Below are positions 61,769 through 64,000 of a stretch of DNA of 64,000 bases, piece by piece. The notes under the pieces were generated by a model. It made no database searches. It worked only from the letters and a program-made list of their open reading frames with translations, and was not told the DNA's origin. The position numbers and the translations under genes were made by a program. How positions within the stretch are numbered: position 1 is the first letter of the stretch; each line of letters starts with the position of its first letter. The DNA comes from a virus, in the IMG/VR virus record IMGVR_UViG_3300030060_007988. One strand, 5' to 3'.

Positions 61769-61798
61769 TTTTTTTATGTCAAATATTTTTGTTATATT
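61769..61798 (+). promoter_or_regulatory. class-1 promoter of the bS21 gene
   Basis: tttttttatgtcaa-atattttt-gttatatt. Confidence 0.6.
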
Positions 61799-61827
61799 AT
61801 AGTAATTGTTAATTAAATACGTATTAT

Positions 61828-62169
61828 ATGAGTAAGAAAAATTATAGAGGGAAATTTACCCCTCGAGACCGTTCAGGAAAACCAATCAGAAACTATAGGG
61901 CAAGAACAGATTTTGTTATCCCAGGAGTACCACTAGGTGTTAAAGTTTTAGACAACAATGTTGAAAGAAGCTTAAAAATATGGAAGAGACAACTTAAGGA
62001 CTCTGGCAAAATTATGGAATTAAAACAAAGACGCTACTTTGAAAAGCCGTCATCTAAAAGAAGAAAGGAGAAGGATTTTGCAATACGGCGTGACTGGATT
62101 GAAAACCTAAAGAGACGTCAAAATGAAAAAGAGTGTTGGACTATAATAACACCAAAGGGCGCAATGTAG
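61828..62169 (+). CDS. rpsU: phage-encoded ribosomal protein bS21 with N- and C-terminal extensions
   Basis: VKVLDNNVERSLKIWKRQLKDSGKIMELKQRRYFEKPSSKRRKEK matches the bS21 pattern. Confidence 0.85.
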   Translation: MSKKNYRGKFTPRDRSGKPIRNYRARTDFVIPGVPLGVKVLDNNVERSLKIWKRQLKDSGKIMELKQRRYFEKPSSKRRKEKDFAIRRDWIENLKRRQNEKECWTIITPKGAM

Positions 62170-62195
62170 TATATCTACAATTATTTACACAAATT

Positions 62196-62216
62196 AGAGG
62201 CTTCGGCCTCTTTTTT
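62196..62216 (+). terminator. intrinsic terminator after bS21
   Basis: agaggc-TTCG-gcctct hairpin followed by T tract. Confidence 0.85.
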
Positions 62217-62379
62217 GCTTTTTAAAAACATACTTTTGCAATATATGTATATATTTATTTTTGAATTAAAAAATCTACAATGCACTACCTTCTATGTAGT
62301 GGACGATTAAATTAAAACAAATCACAATTAAGATTCAAGAATAATCTTATTATCCTAAAAAATTTAAGGAGTAATAGTA

Positions 62380-63591
62380 ATGGCAGACTTACTAAAGGAC
62401 GCAATTGCGGATGCTAAGGCAGTTAGAGAAACGGCAATTGCAAACGCTAAGCTAGCTCTTGAAGAAGCATTCACACCAAGACTTCAATCAATGTTATCTA
62501 AAAAGATATCTGAAGACATGGAGGACGACAAAAATGAAATTGACGACAAGGATGAAATGGCAATGAAAGATGAAATGGCTATGAAAGACGAAATGGCTAT
62601 GAAAGATGAACAATCTGATTCATCTGACATTGGGACAGGCGATAATAAAGTTGATCAGGCAGACGGTGACGATTATGAAAAACCGGAAACTGATACAATC
62701 ACTGACCAACCAGGAACCGAAGACGACAATGTCAAAGTTGTTTCTGATTTATCTGAAGAAGATGATGATGAAAAAAACGAGTTGCACTCTGAAGACGACG
62801 ATATGATGGACATGGACAACAATGATGACGATGACGATGATATGGAAGACATGATGAGTGATGATCAAGACGATGACTTAGAAGAAATAATTAGAGAGTT
62901 GGAAGAAGACGACGACGATAAAAAAGACGAAGTCTACGAAATGGAAAAGAAAGACGAAATGGAAAAGAAAGATGAGATGGAGAAGAAGGATGAAATGGAG
63001 AAGAAAGATGAAATGGCTATGAAAAAAGAGATGGAGAAGAAAGACGAGATGGAGAAGAAAGACGAAATCAATAAAGATGAAATGGCTATGAAAGATGAAA
63101 TGGAAAAGAAAGATGAAATCGATGAAGATGTAGATTTAAAAGAAATTATCAGATCTTTACGTGAAGAAGAAGATGATGATAAAAACGAAATGGAAAAAAA
63201 GGACGAAATGGAAAAAGAGAAGAATGAAGCAAAACTTCAGGAAGCTTATGATACTATTCGTTCATTAAGAAAAACCATTAATGAAGTTAATCTTTTAAAT
63301 GCAAAATTATTGTTTTCAAATAAACTTTTCAGATCAAATGAATTATCTGAATCTCAAAAAGTTAAAGTAATAGAAACTCTTGACCGAGCAGTAAACATGC
63401 GTGAGGTTAAGCTTGTATATACTACTTTAGCTGAATCATTCAATAGAGCAACAAAGTCAACTAGACAAAGAAAATCAATATCTGAAGGAATTGCTAGTAA
63501 ACGAGTTGCTGGAACAAAACCCGTTAAGAAAGTTATCTCTGAAGGCTCAACTTTATCAAATAGGTTTAAAAAACTTGCAAACATTTTGTAA
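62380..63591 (+). CDS. prohead scaffolding protein (gp22-like position)
   Basis: AIADAKAVRETAIANAKLALEEAFTP, highly acidic, coiled-coil C-terminus; directly upstream of the major capsid gene. Confidence 0.8.
   Translation: MADLLKDAIADAKAVRETAIANAKLALEEAFTPRLQSMLSKKISEDMEDDKNEIDDKDEMAMKDEMAMKDEMAMKDEQSDSSDIGTGDNKVDQADGDDYEKPETDTITDQPGTEDDNVKVVSDLSEEDDDEKNELHSEDDDMMDMDNNDDDDDDMEDMMSDDQDDDLEEIIRELEEDDDDKKDEVYEMEKKDEMEKKDEMEKKDEMEKKDEMAMKKEMEKKDEMEKKDEINKDEMAMKDEMEKKDEIDEDVDLKEIIRSLREEEDDDKNEMEKKDEMEKEKNEAKLQEAYDTIRSLRKTINEVNLLNAKLLFSNKLFRSNELSESQKVKVIETLDRAVNMREVKLVYTTLAESFNRATKSTRQRKSISEGIASKRVAGTKPVKKVISEGSTLSNRFKKLANIL
62548..63117 (+). repeat. in-frame 18-nt tandem repeats (KDEMAM at 62548-62610; EMEKKD at about 62938-63117)
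   Basis: visible in DNA and protein. Confidence 0.85.
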
Positions 63592-63618
63592 TTAAAAAAA
63601 AATTAGAGGAGACAAATA

Positions 63619-64000
63619 ATGTCAAACATAAGTAATTTATTAAACGATGCTTCTAATAGCTACAATGAAAATTTAGCTAAAACTAGAAGTCTTGTTGGAA
63701 AATGGAATAAGACTGGTCTTCTTGAAGGTATCAACCAAGAGTATGATAAAAGTGGAATGGCTGTTCTACTAGAAAATCAAGCTCGTCAATTAATAGATGA
63801 AAATTCAAAAACAGGTACATCTTCAAACTCGGAAGAGTGGTCAGGTGTAGCTTTACCATTGGTAAGAAGAATTTTCAGTGAAATTGCTGCTAAAGATTTT
63901 GTATCAGTACAACCAATGAACTTACCTTCAGGACTAGTATTTTTCTTAGATTTTAAATATGGTACAGCTTTAGGCTCAGGCCAATTTAATCAAGGATCTG
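63619..64000 (+). CDS. major capsid protein (T4 gp23-like), 5' part, truncated by window end
   Basis: hand translation: KWNKTGLLEG..MAVLLENQ..ALPLVRRIF..DFVSVQPMNLPSGLVFFLDFKYG; GAGGAG SD. Confidence 0.92.
   Translation, partial: MSNISNLLNDASNSYNENLAKTRSLVGKWNKTGLLEGINQEYDKSGMAVLLENQARQLIDENSKTGTSSNSEEWSGVALPLVRRIFSEIAAKDFVSVQPMNLPSGLVFFLDFKYGTALGSGQFNQGS

Noticed and set aside
77-63584. Minus-strand ORFs and alternate-frame + ORFs in the track (e.g. 1683-2267, 10726-11190, 46371-46916, 39967-40353)
   Set aside because: Nearly all overlap well-supported + strand genes, and none shows recognisable motifs. They are treated as shadow ORFs.
1-64000. Stop-codon reassignment as seen in some large phages
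   Set aside because: Long conserved genes are intact in the standard code, and TAA, TAG and TGA all terminate genes at sensible positions.

Overview
This is a 64-kb, AT-rich segment of a large T4-like (myovirus-type) tailed phage, with essentially all credible genes on the + strand. The host is probably Bacteroidota/FCB, which is an inference from the tmRNA tag start, the bS21 gene and SD-less early leaders. Gene order: (1) early/accessory region at about 0.5-14.7 kb with a MoxR-like AAA+ ATPase, PvuII-like nuclease, UvsE, Hsp20, ClpP, prolyl-4-hydroxylase-like oxygenase, HD hydrolase and a circularly permuted two-piece tmRNA with a 36-codon tag; (2) gp55-like late sigma factor and baseplate/tail genes; (3) endonuclease I, primase and a fused SbcD-SbcC; (4) tail fibres with a GAMT/RMT2-like methyltransferase; (5) a nucleotidyltransferase/ligase-fold multidomain protein, holin, terminase, portal, prohead protease, ribosomal protein bS21, scaffold and the start of the major capsid gene. 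The most interesting signal is a possible translation-takeover system. Genes directly behind a T-tract-CAA-N8-GTTATATT promoter class mostly lack Shine-Dalgarno sequences, whereas many late/structural genes carry AGGAG. The phage bS21 is an SD-less, independently promoted and terminated unit that appears to lack the Tyr that sequesters the anti-SD in Bacteroidia ribosomes. All family calls come from motif recognition by eye, and no database searches were run.
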